DNA of 64,000 nt, taken from IMG/VR virus record IMGVR_UViG_3300027733_000048. One strand, 5' to 3'. The translations under genes and the position numbers were made by a program. Below are positions 1 through 8,920 of the stretch, piece by piece. Under the pieces are notes generated by a model. That model was not told the DNA's origin. It worked only from the letters and a program-made list of their open reading frames with translations, and made no database searches. This DNA comes from an uncultured virus (IMG/VR IMGVR_UViG_3300027733_000048). Its lineage: Duplodnaviria > Heunggongvirae > Uroviricota > Caudoviricetes. The number at the start of each line of letters is the position of its first letter. Position 1 is the first letter of the stretch.

Positions 1-365
1 TCAATCATAGCCATATTAAGTTTAAGAAGTTTTTCTTCAGTAGTATCTACACCTAATGCGTGTAGCCATGATTCGTCAAGTGCGTTTTCTGAATCAATTA
101 GTACTACGTATATTCCTTGTTCTTGTGCATTTTTAACAATGTTACCTGAACAAATATAACTTTTGCCTGCACCTGACTCGCCTGCAAACACAGTTACTTT
201 ACCTAGTGGAATGCCTTTGTGGAAGTCTGAACTAATAAGGTAATTAAGTGCATAATTACCTGTACCGACCCAATCAGTAGGATCATTAAAGCCTACGCCT
301 AGGCCGTCAATACTTTTTGTTAGAGTTTTTCGAAATTTTGTTAAATCAAAGGGTTTTGTTGCCAT
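1..365 (-). CDS. uvsX: UvsX/RecA-like recombinase, 5' part (runs off the left window edge)
   Basis: Hand translation from ATG 365: MATKPFDLTKFRKTLTKSIDGLGVGFNDPTDWVGTGNYALNYLIS...GIPLGKVTVFAGESGAGKS (Walker A)...VVLIDSENALD. AGGAG RBS upstream; lies downstream of gp32. Not in the ORF track. Confidence 0.93.
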   Translation of the reverse strand, partial: MATKPFDLTKFRKTLTKSIDGLGVGFNDPTDWVGTGNYALNYLISSDFHKGIPLGKVTVFAGESGAGKSYICSGNIVKNAQEQGIYVVLIDSENALDESWLHALGVDTTEEKLLKLNMAMI

Positions 366-384
366 GGTTATACTCCTAATAATG

Positions 385-412
385 TAACGTAGCAAGACCC
401 CTTGCTACGTTA
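385..412 (-). other. 12-bp perfect stem-loop between gp32 and uvsX, with no U-tract; possible mRNA stabiliser, processing site or weak terminator
   Basis: taacgtagcaag-accc-cttgctacgtta. Confidence 0.6.
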
Positions 413-424
413 ATCACTGTTGTG

Positions 425-1423
425 TTAAGCGCCGCGATTTCTAATTTTTGCTAAGATATCAGCTGCTCTTGAATCACTTGCAGGTGCTGATTCAGCTACT
501 GCAGGCTGTGGAGTATAGGTAGTAGCAGGTTCATCCCAAGGCATAGCTTCTTCGGGTGTATGTACTACAGGTGCTACTGGTGCAATAACCGGAGCTACTG
601 TAGCAGTTGCAGATGATGTAGATTCGTCTGCTGAAATACCATATGGTCTAAAGTATTTGCCCCAACGTTCAACGTCATATGCTTCACCATTTACTGATGC
701 TTCAAACATTTCCATCATAACTTTAAGTTCAACTTCATTTGGTTTTTTAGGTAAGTATTCTGATAAGTCAGGTAACCCGAATTTATCAATTGCTGCACGT
801 TCTTCTTCACCAAGCGGACGTGTACGTCTGCTCCAAGTAGAAGTAGAGTAATCTGCATAACCACCTTTAGAACCAACTTTTAAACGGAAATCAAAGCCGT
901 TTACATAGTCTGTAGGTAATTCTGTAAATTCATCATCAAGCAATGCTGCATGGATTAATTTATAAATTTGTGGTCCAATAACAAATCTGCGAATTGGATT
1001 TTCTGGTTTTTCTTTTTCGTCTAAGCCATCTTCAGGAACAAAGCCGTGGAAGATATATGACTTCTTTTTCCAGTATTTACGGCCCATTTCTTCTAATGAA
1101 GGATCTTTAAACCAAGGACGCACTTCTGAAAGAATTGGACATACTGCACCGTCGTTGTACATTTCAACGCATGGAACATTTACTACTACTGGTTTGCTAT
1201 CTGTGCGACCTTTGATACCTGCAAAAGGTAATTTGATTACAGAACGTTCAGCCCAGAAAAAAGTATTGTTTGGGTTGCCGTCTGGTAAGAATCTAAAAAC
1301 TGCTTCACCGCCATTTTTAATAGTCCAGAAAGGATAAATTGATTTATCACCGCCTGTGTTGCTATCTGTGCTACGTGTTTCTGCCGCTTTTAATTTTGCT
1401 CTGATTTCTGCTAGTGTTGCCAT
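425..1423 (-). CDS. gp32: T4 gp32-like single-stranded DNA-binding protein
   Basis: AVFRFLPDG...VPCVEMY...CPILSE...LEEMGRKYWKKKSY, DFRLKVGSKGGYADYSTSTW; low-complexity Ala/Pro C-terminal tail; next to uvsX. Confidence 0.9.
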   Translation of the reverse strand: MATLAEIRAKLKAAETRSTDSNTGGDKSIYPFWTIKNGGEAVFRFLPDGNPNNTFFWAERSVIKLPFAGIKGRTDSKPVVVNVPCVEMYNDGAVCPILSEVRPWFKDPSLEEMGRKYWKKKSYIFHGFVPEDGLDEKEKPENPIRRFVIGPQIYKLIHAALLDDEFTELPTDYVNGFDFRLKVGSKGGYADYSTSTWSRRTRPLGEEERAAIDKFGLPDLSEYLPKKPNEVELKVMMEMFEASVNGEAYDVERWGKYFRPYGISADESTSSATATVAPVIAPVAPVVHTPEEAMPWDEPATTYTPQPAVAESAPASDSRAADILAKIRNRGA

Positions 1424-1544
1424 TGTAATTTCCTATTGTGTTTTGAGTTAACACACAGAAATAAATCTGTGTGTTATAAGCCTATTGTGTTTTTTAATGT
1501 TTTATACGTTAATATATAATGCATTACTATTAAAGTATGTGCTT

Positions 1545-1573
1545 ATTATATACTCTATTATTTATATGAGCAA
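1545..1573 (-). promoter_or_regulatory. sigma70-like promoter with an embedded T4-type late promoter upstream of gp32
   Basis: Minus strand TTGCTC-N17-TATAAT, with TATAAATA at 1559-1566 inside the spacer. Confidence 0.65.
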
Positions 1574-1601
1574 GTGAAATCTTTCACTTTTTCAAATTAT
1601 T

Positions 1602-2498
1602 TTACCAGTTAACTAATTGAACAATTCTAGCTAAATCTTGATCTTCTTTATAAACAATAGTATTGCCTTGTTTTGCTAATTCTGAATCTTTTACTGGATC
1701 ACCTGTGCTTTGCATTTGACCACCAACTGGCGCTTTGTTTGCTGCAGATGCGGCCGGATGTGTTGCTGCATAATCTTTTTGTCCAGCAGCCATATCAAAG
1801 GCATGACGTTGATCAGTAGTCATATTCATGACTTGATTAGCTTGTGCGAGTCTTTCATCACGATCAGCGTCACCAGATGAAACAGAACCATTTGGCATTA
1901 CTTGACCAGCAACTGGTGCTGCTCCTGCTGCCGGTTTTGCTGCTGTTCCTTGTTGTGCTGTGGGTTGTTTACTAGCAACTGGTTTAAATCCTGCAGGTGG
2001 TTGAACACCTTGCTTTTGTAATGCAGCCATAGTGTTGGCACCAATTAGACCATCAACTTTTAACCCATTTGCTTTTTGGAATGCTTGAATTTCTGCAGGA
2101 GTAGCTGGCCATTTTCCGCCAGTTTGTGTACCTTGGTTAGCTCCGACTTTTTGTTGACCTTGTGTACCGCCGGTTGCACCGTTAACTGCACCGCTAATAA
2201 AATTGCCCGCAACTCCGGCTGCATTACCGACAGTTTTTGCCATGTTTGCTGCAGTTTGGCCTACACCTTGACCGAGTTCAGCTGCATGGTCTGCAGCATA
2301 ACTAAGATCATCACCTACACCTTTTGCAAAGTTTACAGCTGGATCATACCAATGACCTTCAGGCGCTGCTGTAGGTGTTTGACTAGGTAATCCGCCGACT
2401 GGAGTTTGACTGCCGTCGCCCACCGCTTCATAAAAAGCCATTTTTTCTCTTAGTTGGTTAACTCTATATAACAGTGCGTTTTCTGTAATTTTTTTCAT
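1602..2498 (-). CDS. Low-complexity protein with a peptidoglycan-binding (PGBD-like) domain; probable virion/internal protein
   Basis: AEIQAFQKANGLKVDGLIGANTMAAL is a PG_binding_1-type motif. Start set at ATG 2498 behind GGAGA. Confidence 0.7.
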   Translation of the reverse strand: MKKITENALLYRVNQLREKMAFYEAVGDGSQTPVGGLPSQTPTAAPEGHWYDPAVNFAKGVGDDLSYAADHAAELGQGVGQTAANMAKTVGNAAGVAGNFISGAVNGATGGTQGQQKVGANQGTQTGGKWPATPAEIQAFQKANGLKVDGLIGANTMAALQKQGVQPPAGFKPVASKQPTAQQGTAAKPAAGAAPVAGQVMPNGSVSSGDADRDERLAQANQVMNMTTDQRHAFDMAAGQKDYAATHPAASAANKAPVGGQMQSTGDPVKDSELAKQGNTIVYKEDQDLARIVQLVNW

Positions 2499-2499
2499 G

Positions 2500-2913
2500 T
2501 TATCTCCATTGCGCAATTTGCAATATTCTATGTAGTTCGGTTGGTTCGGTTGATTCGTTTAATTCTGGCATACGATCAAAATCACCTTGTGGATTATCAA
2601 AAGGTTCTGGCAACGCAGTTGATTGATCCATGTCTGCTTTTAATTCATCATATCCAGTAATACGATCATCTCTTTCAGCACTTTGACGTTCCCAATCAAG
2701 TGCTTGAGTAGTTTCATCATCTAAAATACCGTTAGTTTTAACTGGATAGCCTTTTGCTCTCAATTCATATTGTTGTTTTTGAACAGCAGGGTCAAATTTA
2801 ACGTTAGCTGAAGCAGGTTGACCTGCAGGATGTGGAGGTGCATCAACGCCATCCATCATCTCTCTTAAAGATTTAACGGAATTTATTGAATCGATTTTTA
2901 AAATTTGTTTCAT
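2500..2913 (-). CDS. Small protein with a degenerate PGBD-like motif
   Basis: VQKQQYELRAKGYPVKTNGILDDETTQAL; GAGG RBS. Confidence 0.55.
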   Translation of the reverse strand: MKQILKIDSINSVKSLREMMDGVDAPPHPAGQPASANVKFDPAVQKQQYELRAKGYPVKTNGILDDETTQALDWERQSAERDDRITGYDELKADMDQSTALPEPFDNPQGDFDRMPELNESTEPTELHRILQIAQWR

Positions 2914-5167
2914 GATTATTCCTCATTATTTTACGCATTTTTTGTTTGTCAATACTATCAAAACGTCTACCACCAAATCCTTCCATGTCTATTTGATCAG
3001 TATCTAAATTTTGATGACTTACTCCTGCTAATCGTAAAACATCATTTTGTTCTCTAGCATCTTCGCTTGGATCTAGCTGATCAACTTTTTGTAAAATTTC
3101 CTTAACATCTTCTTCTGACGCATTACTATATTCTCCGTCTTTGAATCGTTTAATAATCTTATTCTTAACCTGTTGTCCGCCAATAGTAAAGTTATGTTCT
3201 TCTTTATTCCAAAATCCTTCAATTGAATTTAAAATCTGTTCTTTACCGGAAATATTTTCTTCGTCTGGTGCACTACCATCGTCGTCCTCCATTTCACATT
3301 CGCCAAAACCGGCTTCGCACGGAGTTAATCCACTTTCTCTAAGTGCATCGCGAATAGTCATACCTTCTGCAAACATTGTTTCTAATGTAGCTCCAGCAGC
3401 CTTTGCTTTAATAAACTTAGCTTTAATTTTGGATTTTTTATGATTAATACCTTCTGCCACTGGAGGTGCAGGAGGTTCTGTACCTGGCGCTGGAGGAACT
3501 TCACCTTCCGGAGCAGGGGCGCCTTCTGGAGGAACTTCACCTTCTGGAGGAACTTCACCGTCTGGAGGCATACTACCTAAGTCTGGAGGCATTCCGCCGC
3601 CTATCCCACCTAAGCCGCCGCCTAAGTCTGGAGCTGGAGGAGCTTCGCTGCCTGGTGCAGGTGCGCTGCTAGGTGCAGTTGCACCATCAGCTGCAGGTGC
3701 TAAATCTTGTCCGCCTACTTCGCCGTCGCCAAATTTTAATTGGATGGCAATACTCGGATCAACTTGTGTTACGTATTGTTGAATTAACGGACGTACATCT
3801 AAATCAGGATCAATATCTTTTAATGAATCTAAAAATTCAGTATCGTCAATTAACCCAGATAAGCTATCAATAGCATTAATACCATCTGGTCCGCCACGTA
3901 ATTCTTTTTCTAAAATTTTATTTAATTTGTCAATAGCAACTTTTTGTGCATCTTTATTTGGACTAAACAATTCATCTTTATCTTCAAGCATAATGCGATT
4001 AATAAACGATTCAAAGGCAATCTCCGGATCAAAGGTTTCTGTCTTATGGCTTTTATACCCTTTGTTTTTCATTGAGTGTGCTAATGCCCAAGGATTATCT
4101 ATTTCCTTGTGTTTCTTCATTGCGTTAACAGTACCTTCCCAACCGTTAGGTGCTTTTTCATCTAAGAAGTAATCTGACGATAATTCACACACTGGTAATT
4201 CGCTTTCGTCTATAATATTATACAAGAACGGAAATACTGTTTTCATTTCTTCATTAAATGTGCGCACTGTCAATCGATCAATCCAGTCATTCATTATAGT
4301 TTCTGGAATTGCACGATCTTCTTTTGCAGTAAATGATTCTGCAAATTGTTCATAATATGCAGGACGTTGTAAGCTAATGATTTCTTTTTTAACTGATTCA
4401 ATGCGTTCAATTACACGAGATGTAACATCTCCCATTGCTTCTGATATCTGTGACTGACGACTAACGTAGCCTTTAAATTTACGCAAACTTGCTAATTCTT
4501 CACTAAGTTTAGTAATGTGTTTACCAATGTCATCGTACGGAATTCCGCCGTGTTTAATATGTTCTGCTAATGCACGAGCGCCGGGTAAATGTTTATAAGG
4601 GTATTTGAACCTTTCGCCTTCTGCATTTTCAATGTATATACACTCAATATGCATAGTGCGTCCTGCGGCTAACTCCGGATTAATAGGTTGAGTATGTTTA
4701 ACTATTAAACGAGCCTCACCTAAGTCTTGGTAACTTATTCTAGAAGTACCAAACATTTTACTTTCCATTATTGTTTGTTCCTTGGGTTTTGCTTGAAACT
4801 GATAGTCTCGTTTGTCTAAATTACTCTTTCCAATGTTTTGAACATCAAAATTTAATAAGCGATTTTTAGCAAATTTTCTAAATGATCTTATAAATTTGTA
4901 TGCGCTACGGTTTGTAGTATTTGAATCGTCATCTACTAAATCTCCACTAACTTGCAATACAACTCCGTCATCTTTATCTAAAGTAATAGTAATAGTTCCA
5001 AGTGGTTCGCCGTCTTCTGTATATTCAAACTCAAAAAATCGAGCTCTTGGGATGTCAACTTTTTTACTTAATACTTCTGCGTTTTCGTCACCCATTTTAA
5101 TATCTGAGAAACGTGTTTCTATTTTACCATAAAGGTCTAAAGCGATTTTATCTAAATTATTGTCCAT
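2873..5167 (-). CDS. Large acidic hypothetical protein with a Pro/Gly-rich region; probable head-associated protein
   Basis: Long ORF directly after terL-C; PPEGEV repeats; start most likely ATG 5167, 5 nt after GATAAATA. Confidence 0.7.
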   Translation of the reverse strand: MDNNLDKIALDLYGKIETRFSDIKMGDENAEVLSKKVDIPRARFFEFEYTEDGEPLGTITITLDKDDGVVLQVSGDLVDDDSNTTNRSAYKFIRSFRKFAKNRLLNFDVQNIGKSNLDKRDYQFQAKPKEQTIMESKMFGTSRISYQDLGEARLIVKHTQPINPELAAGRTMHIECIYIENAEGERFKYPYKHLPGARALAEHIKHGGIPYDDIGKHITKLSEELASLRKFKGYVSRQSQISEAMGDVTSRVIERIESVKKEIISLQRPAYYEQFAESFTAKEDRAIPETIMNDWIDRLTVRTFNEEMKTVFPFLYNIIDESELPVCELSSDYFLDEKAPNGWEGTVNAMKKHKEIDNPWALAHSMKNKGYKSHKTETFDPEIAFESFINRIMLEDKDELFSPNKDAQKVAIDKLNKILEKELRGGPDGINAIDSLSGLIDDTEFLDSLKDIDPDLDVRPLIQQYVTQVDPSIAIQLKFGDGEVGGQDLAPAADGATAPSSAPAPGSEAPPAPDLGGGLGGIGGGMPPDLGSMPPDGEVPPEGEVPPEGAPAPEGEVPPAPGTEPPAPPVAEGINHKKSKIKAKFIKAKAAGATLETMFAEGMTIRDALRESGLTPCEAGFGECEMEDDDGSAPDEENISGKEQILNSIEGFWNKEEHNFTIGGQQVKNKIIKRFKDGEYSNASEEDVKEILQKVDQLDPSEDAREQNDVLRLAGVSHQNLDTDQIDMEGFGGRRFDSIDKQKMRKIMRNNHETNFKNRFNKFR
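3490..3570 (-). repeat. Imperfect 18-bp repeats encoding PPEGEV
   Basis: tggaggaacttcacc occurs three times. Confidence 0.75.
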
Positions 5168-5178
5168 GTTTATATTTA

Positions 5179-6288
5179 TCACATATTAGAGGAAACAAAT
5201 ATTGGTAGAGGTGCTTCCCAGTCCTCAATTCGATCTTCAATCCGCATTTTTTCAAACACTAACGGATCCCATTCTGCTAGTATATCAATCATTCTTACTA
5301 TTAGTAATAATGCTGCTACTAAATCATCATGCTGGCCCGGTTTACCTTTAAAACTAATGCCATGTGCAATAAAAGATTTTAATTCAGTTATTAATGGTTT
5401 ACTATTAATAACCATTTTATCTTCTTCAACAAAATATTTTAATTTTGAACATGCAGCTATTTTATTATTAAAAGTTGTGTTAAATCCTTTGCGAAACTTA
5501 CGAACATGCCCCTTTCTGCCCGGTTCACTTACAAATAATCCCGGAAATGTTTCTTCTCCTAAATTGTCAATTACTACTAATGCGCTCTCACCTACTGTAT
5601 TATTTTCTACTGACCAATATATTGAATTATACTGATCTGATCCAATTTCATCTTGTATATATAATAATATATCTCTAAATAACTTTACCTGTCCTTGTAT
5701 AGGAGTAATGTTATGATGCCATTCTGCAACTTGCACCATTGATGGTAATTCAAATACTGATATTGCCGAATAGTCCCCACCTGTTCCTAAACTAGGATCT
5801 AACGCAATTAAATATAAATTACCTGCAGTAGGTGCTTTATACCATCGCACTTGCCCCATTTTCATTAGTGGTTCTTTACCATACAGCTCAACTAACTTCA
5901 AACTGTTTATAAGAGTTTCATCGTATACTAAAAATTCGCAATTTTTGATTAGAACGTTATTTGCATAATACCTGTGATTCTGTTCAACATTAAACAGATC
6001 GTATACTGGTTCTTCATCTAACAGCCACTTAACAGACACGACATTATCAAGTTTGCCATTAACTAAAATTTTTTGTTTAGGCAATAATAATCTACCTTCT
6101 ATTGGTTTAAACCCATTAAGAAAATATTTATGATCAGGAGTGCTTTTAAGTGAATGACGTTGTGTAGTTACATGAAGTATCTTTTTAACACCTTTAACTA
6201 AGATTCCGTCAAACTTGCTCCAGCCGGTGTCAGTTAGCACCGTTAATCCTAACTTATTTTTTATTAATTCTTCCGCGTGTAAATCCAT
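5179..6288 (-). CDS. terL: Terminase large subunit, C-terminal (nuclease) half, fused behind a C-intein fragment
   Basis: After ...VLIKN/CEF the protein has RNase H-like terminase motifs LIALDPSLGTGGDYS, VENNTVGE and HDDLVAA. ATG 6288 has a GAAGGA SD inside the endonuclease ORF. Confidence 0.92.
   Translation of the reverse strand: MDLHAEELIKNKLGLTVLTDTGWSKFDGILVKGVKKILHVTTQRHSLKSTPDHKYFLNGFKPIEGRLLLPKQKILVNGKLDNVVSVKWLLDEEPVYDLFNVEQNHRYYANNVLIKNCEFLVYDETLINSLKLVELYGKEPLMKMGQVRWYKAPTAGNLYLIALDPSLGTGGDYSAISVFELPSMVQVAEWHHNITPIQGQVKLFRDILLYIQDEIGSDQYNSIYWSVENNTVGESALVVIDNLGEETFPGLFVSEPGRKGHVRKFRKGFNTTFNNKIAACSKLKYFVEEDKMVINSKPLITELKSFIAHGISFKGKPGQHDDLVAALLLIVRMIDILAEWDPLVFEKMRIEDRIEDWEAPLPIFVSSNM
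5941..6288 (-). mobile_element. C-terminal fragment of a split intein (IntC, ~116 aa)
   Basis: LTVLTDTGWSKFDG, block B STPDH, block F PVYDLFNVE...YYANNV, terminal K-N followed by Cys+1 (codon 5938-5940). Confidence 0.9.
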
Positions 6289-7033
6289 CAAGTTCTGTTC
6301 CTTCTTTAAATTGTTTGTTAATTACTCCATTATTATACCAACACATGCCTCTCTTTGATATTTGTAATCTAGGAAGTCTTCCCTTAACAAATCCGTCAGG
6401 GCATATATCTTTATAGGTCTCAATAACTCCATTATTAAACCATTGTTTGTCTTTTGCTGATCCAGGTTTTCCTTTTTTGGAGTCACTTATTTTTTTTGCT
6501 CTTATAGGACATTTGTTAAACTCATAATAACCTGGTTGGCTTCTAACTAACAGTTGAGTTTCTCTTTCAGATTCAGACCATTTAGTACCTAATGTACGTC
6601 CACCAATTCCTGGACGAGCGATACCTTTATTATATGGAATGGTTCCTTTTCGCTGAATACTCATTAATTGTTTGGTTTCTTCAGTATGTTTAAATCCAGT
6701 ACACCCATCTCCGCCTAGTGTTTTATTTGTTAACGGGCCGGTATGATCAATTAATCGGCCGTACTGGTTAATCAGATCAATTTCAAGAGCCTTTGCTGCA
6801 GCATCTGTTAACTCAGTTTGATACATTTCTATAACTGGAGTTAGATTTTGCGCGACTAATCTAGAAATTACCGCAACTTTTAAATGATTACACGTAGTTT
6901 CTGCAGTTTCTGATAAATGATCTTTATATCGCCTACCGTGGCCCTTCCCAATATAAAACGGTTGATTTGCTAAAATACTCATATAACTTACTGTGATGTT
7001 AATTGGGGTTTTATAAATATATACATAATACAT
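6254..7033 (-). CDS. Free-standing GIY-YIG homing endonuclease with a NUMOD3-like motif and two C-terminal WxNNG repeats
   Basis: YYVYIY...PFYIGKG...RYKDHL...LEIDLI...LTNKTLGGDG; GFKHTEETKQLMS; WFNNG...GFVKGR and WYNNG...GFTRGR. Start probably ATG 7033. Confidence 0.9.
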   Translation of the reverse strand: MYYVYIYKTPINITVSYMSILANQPFYIGKGHGRRYKDHLSETAETTCNHLKVAVISRLVAQNLTPVIEMYQTELTDAAAKALEIDLINQYGRLIDHTGPLTNKTLGGDGCTGFKHTEETKQLMSIQRKGTIPYNKGIARPGIGGRTLGTKWSESERETQLLVRSQPGYYEFNKCPIRAKKISDSKKGKPGSAKDKQWFNNGVIETYKDICPDGFVKGRLPRLQISKRGMCWYNNGVINKQFKEGTELDGFTRGRINKK

Positions 7034-7059
7034 GCTAGTATTTATCATTTCGTCATATA

Positions 7060-7986
7060 CTATGAACTTAATAATCGCATAATATCGCCCATTGTTAGTT
7101 TTTCAATTTTTCCAGATGGCCATTTAACAGTTACAACTGAATCATGCACAATACAACCGTATTCACGTCTAAATTTTTCCTCACCTATACGACCAAGCTC
7201 TTCTTGTTTCCATGCATCGTCACGATCTGGATGATCCCACCAATCTGATCTAAATCCAGAAAAACCGTTAATGCCAACTTTGTCTGCTTTCTCATTGCCA
7301 AACTCGTCAAAAAACTGTTGACTTTCTTTCCATATAGTAGCAAATTGATCTTCGTCACTATTTGGTGTAGATGTAATAATACAACGTCCACCAGTTGCTA
7401 GTGTGGGTGATATAGAAGTCCAAAATTCTTCAGCAATGTTAGGTTGTAAGAACGCAAACTCATCGCAATACAATAACGAAATAGACATACCTCGTCCTGT
7501 AGTACCGGTAGTAGTTTGACTTACAATACGAGAACCGTTATCAAACTCCATAGACCCTTTATTATAACTTACTACCCCTGCACGTAAGAAGTCCGGACAT
7601 AGTTCGTATCCGTATCGTATACGTTGCATAATCTCTTGAGCACCAGTATATTTGTGCGCTGCAATTAGAATAGTTTGATCTGGATGAAACATTGCAAACC
7701 ATAACAAGTACGCAGATGCACAGGTTGTTTTACCACTTTGACGAGGTAACATATTGATATTAAAACGATGATCGTGATAGCAATTTAATAAGTTAACTTG
7801 ATAATCAAATGGGTGGAATAATAATTTTCCTCTTACTGAGTGCTGGATATGAAAGAATTTTCTTGAAAAATGTAAAAATCCGTTAGCTGTATCAGAACAC
7901 AACAGCATGTCATTAATTTGTTGCTCATCAAATTTTTCAGTCTTGTGTGCTTTTTTTGTAAGGACACCGTCTAGCGATTTACCCAT
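7060..7986 (-). CDS. terL: Terminase large subunit, N-terminal (ATPase) half, ending in an N-intein fragment
   Basis: Walker A PRQSGKTT, Walker B LLYCDEFAF, coupling motif ITSTP, then FRREYG/CIVHDSVVTV...; gp17-like. Confidence 0.95.
   Translation of the reverse strand: MGKSLDGVLTKKAHKTEKFDEQQINDMLLCSDTANGFLHFSRKFFHIQHSVRGKLLFHPFDYQVNLLNCYHDHRFNINMLPRQSGKTTCASAYLLWFAMFHPDQTILIAAHKYTGAQEIMQRIRYGYELCPDFLRAGVVSYNKGSMEFDNGSRIVSQTTTGTTGRGMSISLLYCDEFAFLQPNIAEEFWTSISPTLATGGRCIITSTPNSDEDQFATIWKESQQFFDEFGNEKADKVGINGFSGFRSDWWDHPDRDDAWKQEELGRIGEEKFRREYGCIVHDSVVTVKWPSGKIEKLTMGDIMRLLSS
7063..7155 (-). mobile_element. N-terminal fragment of a split intein (IntN, 31 aa)
   Basis: CIVHDSVVTVKWPSGKIEKLTMGDIMRLLSS followed by TAG; block A pattern C-hydrophobic-x-x-D-S/T-x-V. 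Confidence 0.88.
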
Positions 7987-8016
7987 ATATAATCCTTTTT
8001 TGTATTATGTATTTAC

Positions 8017-8044
8017 AAAAAAAAGCGGACAATATGTCCGCTTT
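8017..8044 (-). terminator. Intrinsic terminator immediately followed by a late-promoter-like GTAAATA in front of terL
   Basis: Minus strand AAAGCGGACA-TAT-TGTCCGC-T8, then GTAAATA. Confidence 0.8.
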
Positions 8045-8065
8045 ATGAGTTATGATTAAGTTAAC

Positions 8066-8920
8066 TTATAAGTCTTTAACTAATGATCTGTTAAGGCGTT
8101 GTAACTTTTTAAATGATTTCATTTCATTGTCTTTATCTTCACGATCTTTTGCATCACGTTCAGCTGCCTTGCGTGCTCGATCTTCATCACCAACTGCTGC
8201 TAATCTATTTAATCTGTCTTCCCAATCCGGTGTAATCTCTCCTTTTTTACTAGCAACATTAACATGGTCGTGTCTAGATGCACGTCTAGGTGGAACTTTT
8301 GCATCAACAGAATGAAGAACCCCACTTTCGTGTTCTCCAGGAAGGCGACCTATCATTCGATCTGTTTTAGTTTTTTTACTTTTTCCGTGTTTCACAGTGC
8401 CGCCTTTAGCAAAGAACGCATCTTGAGCAGCTTGTTTTTCTTCAGGAGACATTTCAGATAATGCAGTACGACCTTTAATTTCTTCGTATAACGCAGAAAG
8501 ATTAGAAATTATTGATTCGTGAAATTGTGGATTTTCTCCACCATTTACCTTAAGTGATTTTCTACCTTTGTTGTGCATGTCGTTACCTTTAAAGATAACT
8601 GCATCAGTTCCGTATGTATGTGGACCGGCATCATCGTCAACTGAATTCTCATAATTATCGCCAATGACAATTTCACTATCGTCATGTTGGTCATCAGTTG
8701 GATCATTGTTGCTGCCAATACCTTTTAATACATCTATTAATTCACGAATGCCGTCTGCACCTTTACTATTAATAGTAAGGTTCATGTTTAATGATTCTTC
8801 AGGTGGATGTCCACCTTGAATAATAGCTGCAGGCATTCCATCACATTCTTCCATTGCAGGGTCTATAGTTAACCCTTCATCAATTTGTTGCATTTTTTGC
8901 ATTAATTCTTTAAAATCCAT
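8066..8920 (-). CDS. Hypothetical charged protein; possible internal head protein
   Basis: 284-aa ORF translationally coupled to the upstream gene (TAATG overlap); acidic N-half, basic C-half. Confidence 0.6.
   Translation of the reverse strand: MDFKELMQKMQQIDEGLTIDPAMEECDGMPAAIIQGGHPPEESLNMNLTINSKGADGIRELIDVLKGIGSNNDPTDDQHDDSEIVIGDNYENSVDDDAGPHTYGTDAVIFKGNDMHNKGRKSLKVNGGENPQFHESIISNLSALYEEIKGRTALSEMSPEEKQAAQDAFFAKGGTVKHGKSKKTKTDRMIGRLPGEHESGVLHSVDAKVPPRRASRHDHVNVASKKGEITPDWEDRLNRLAAVGDEDRARKAAERDAKDREDKDNEMKSFKKLQRLNRSLVKDL

Noticed and set aside
6254..7062. Group I intron, frameshift or stop read-through as the way to rejoin terL
   Set aside because: Only ~27 nt of non-coding sequence separate the IntN stop from the likely endonuclease start, too little for a ribozyme core. 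Read-through of TAG hits TGA four codons later. Intein motifs on both halves explain the split.
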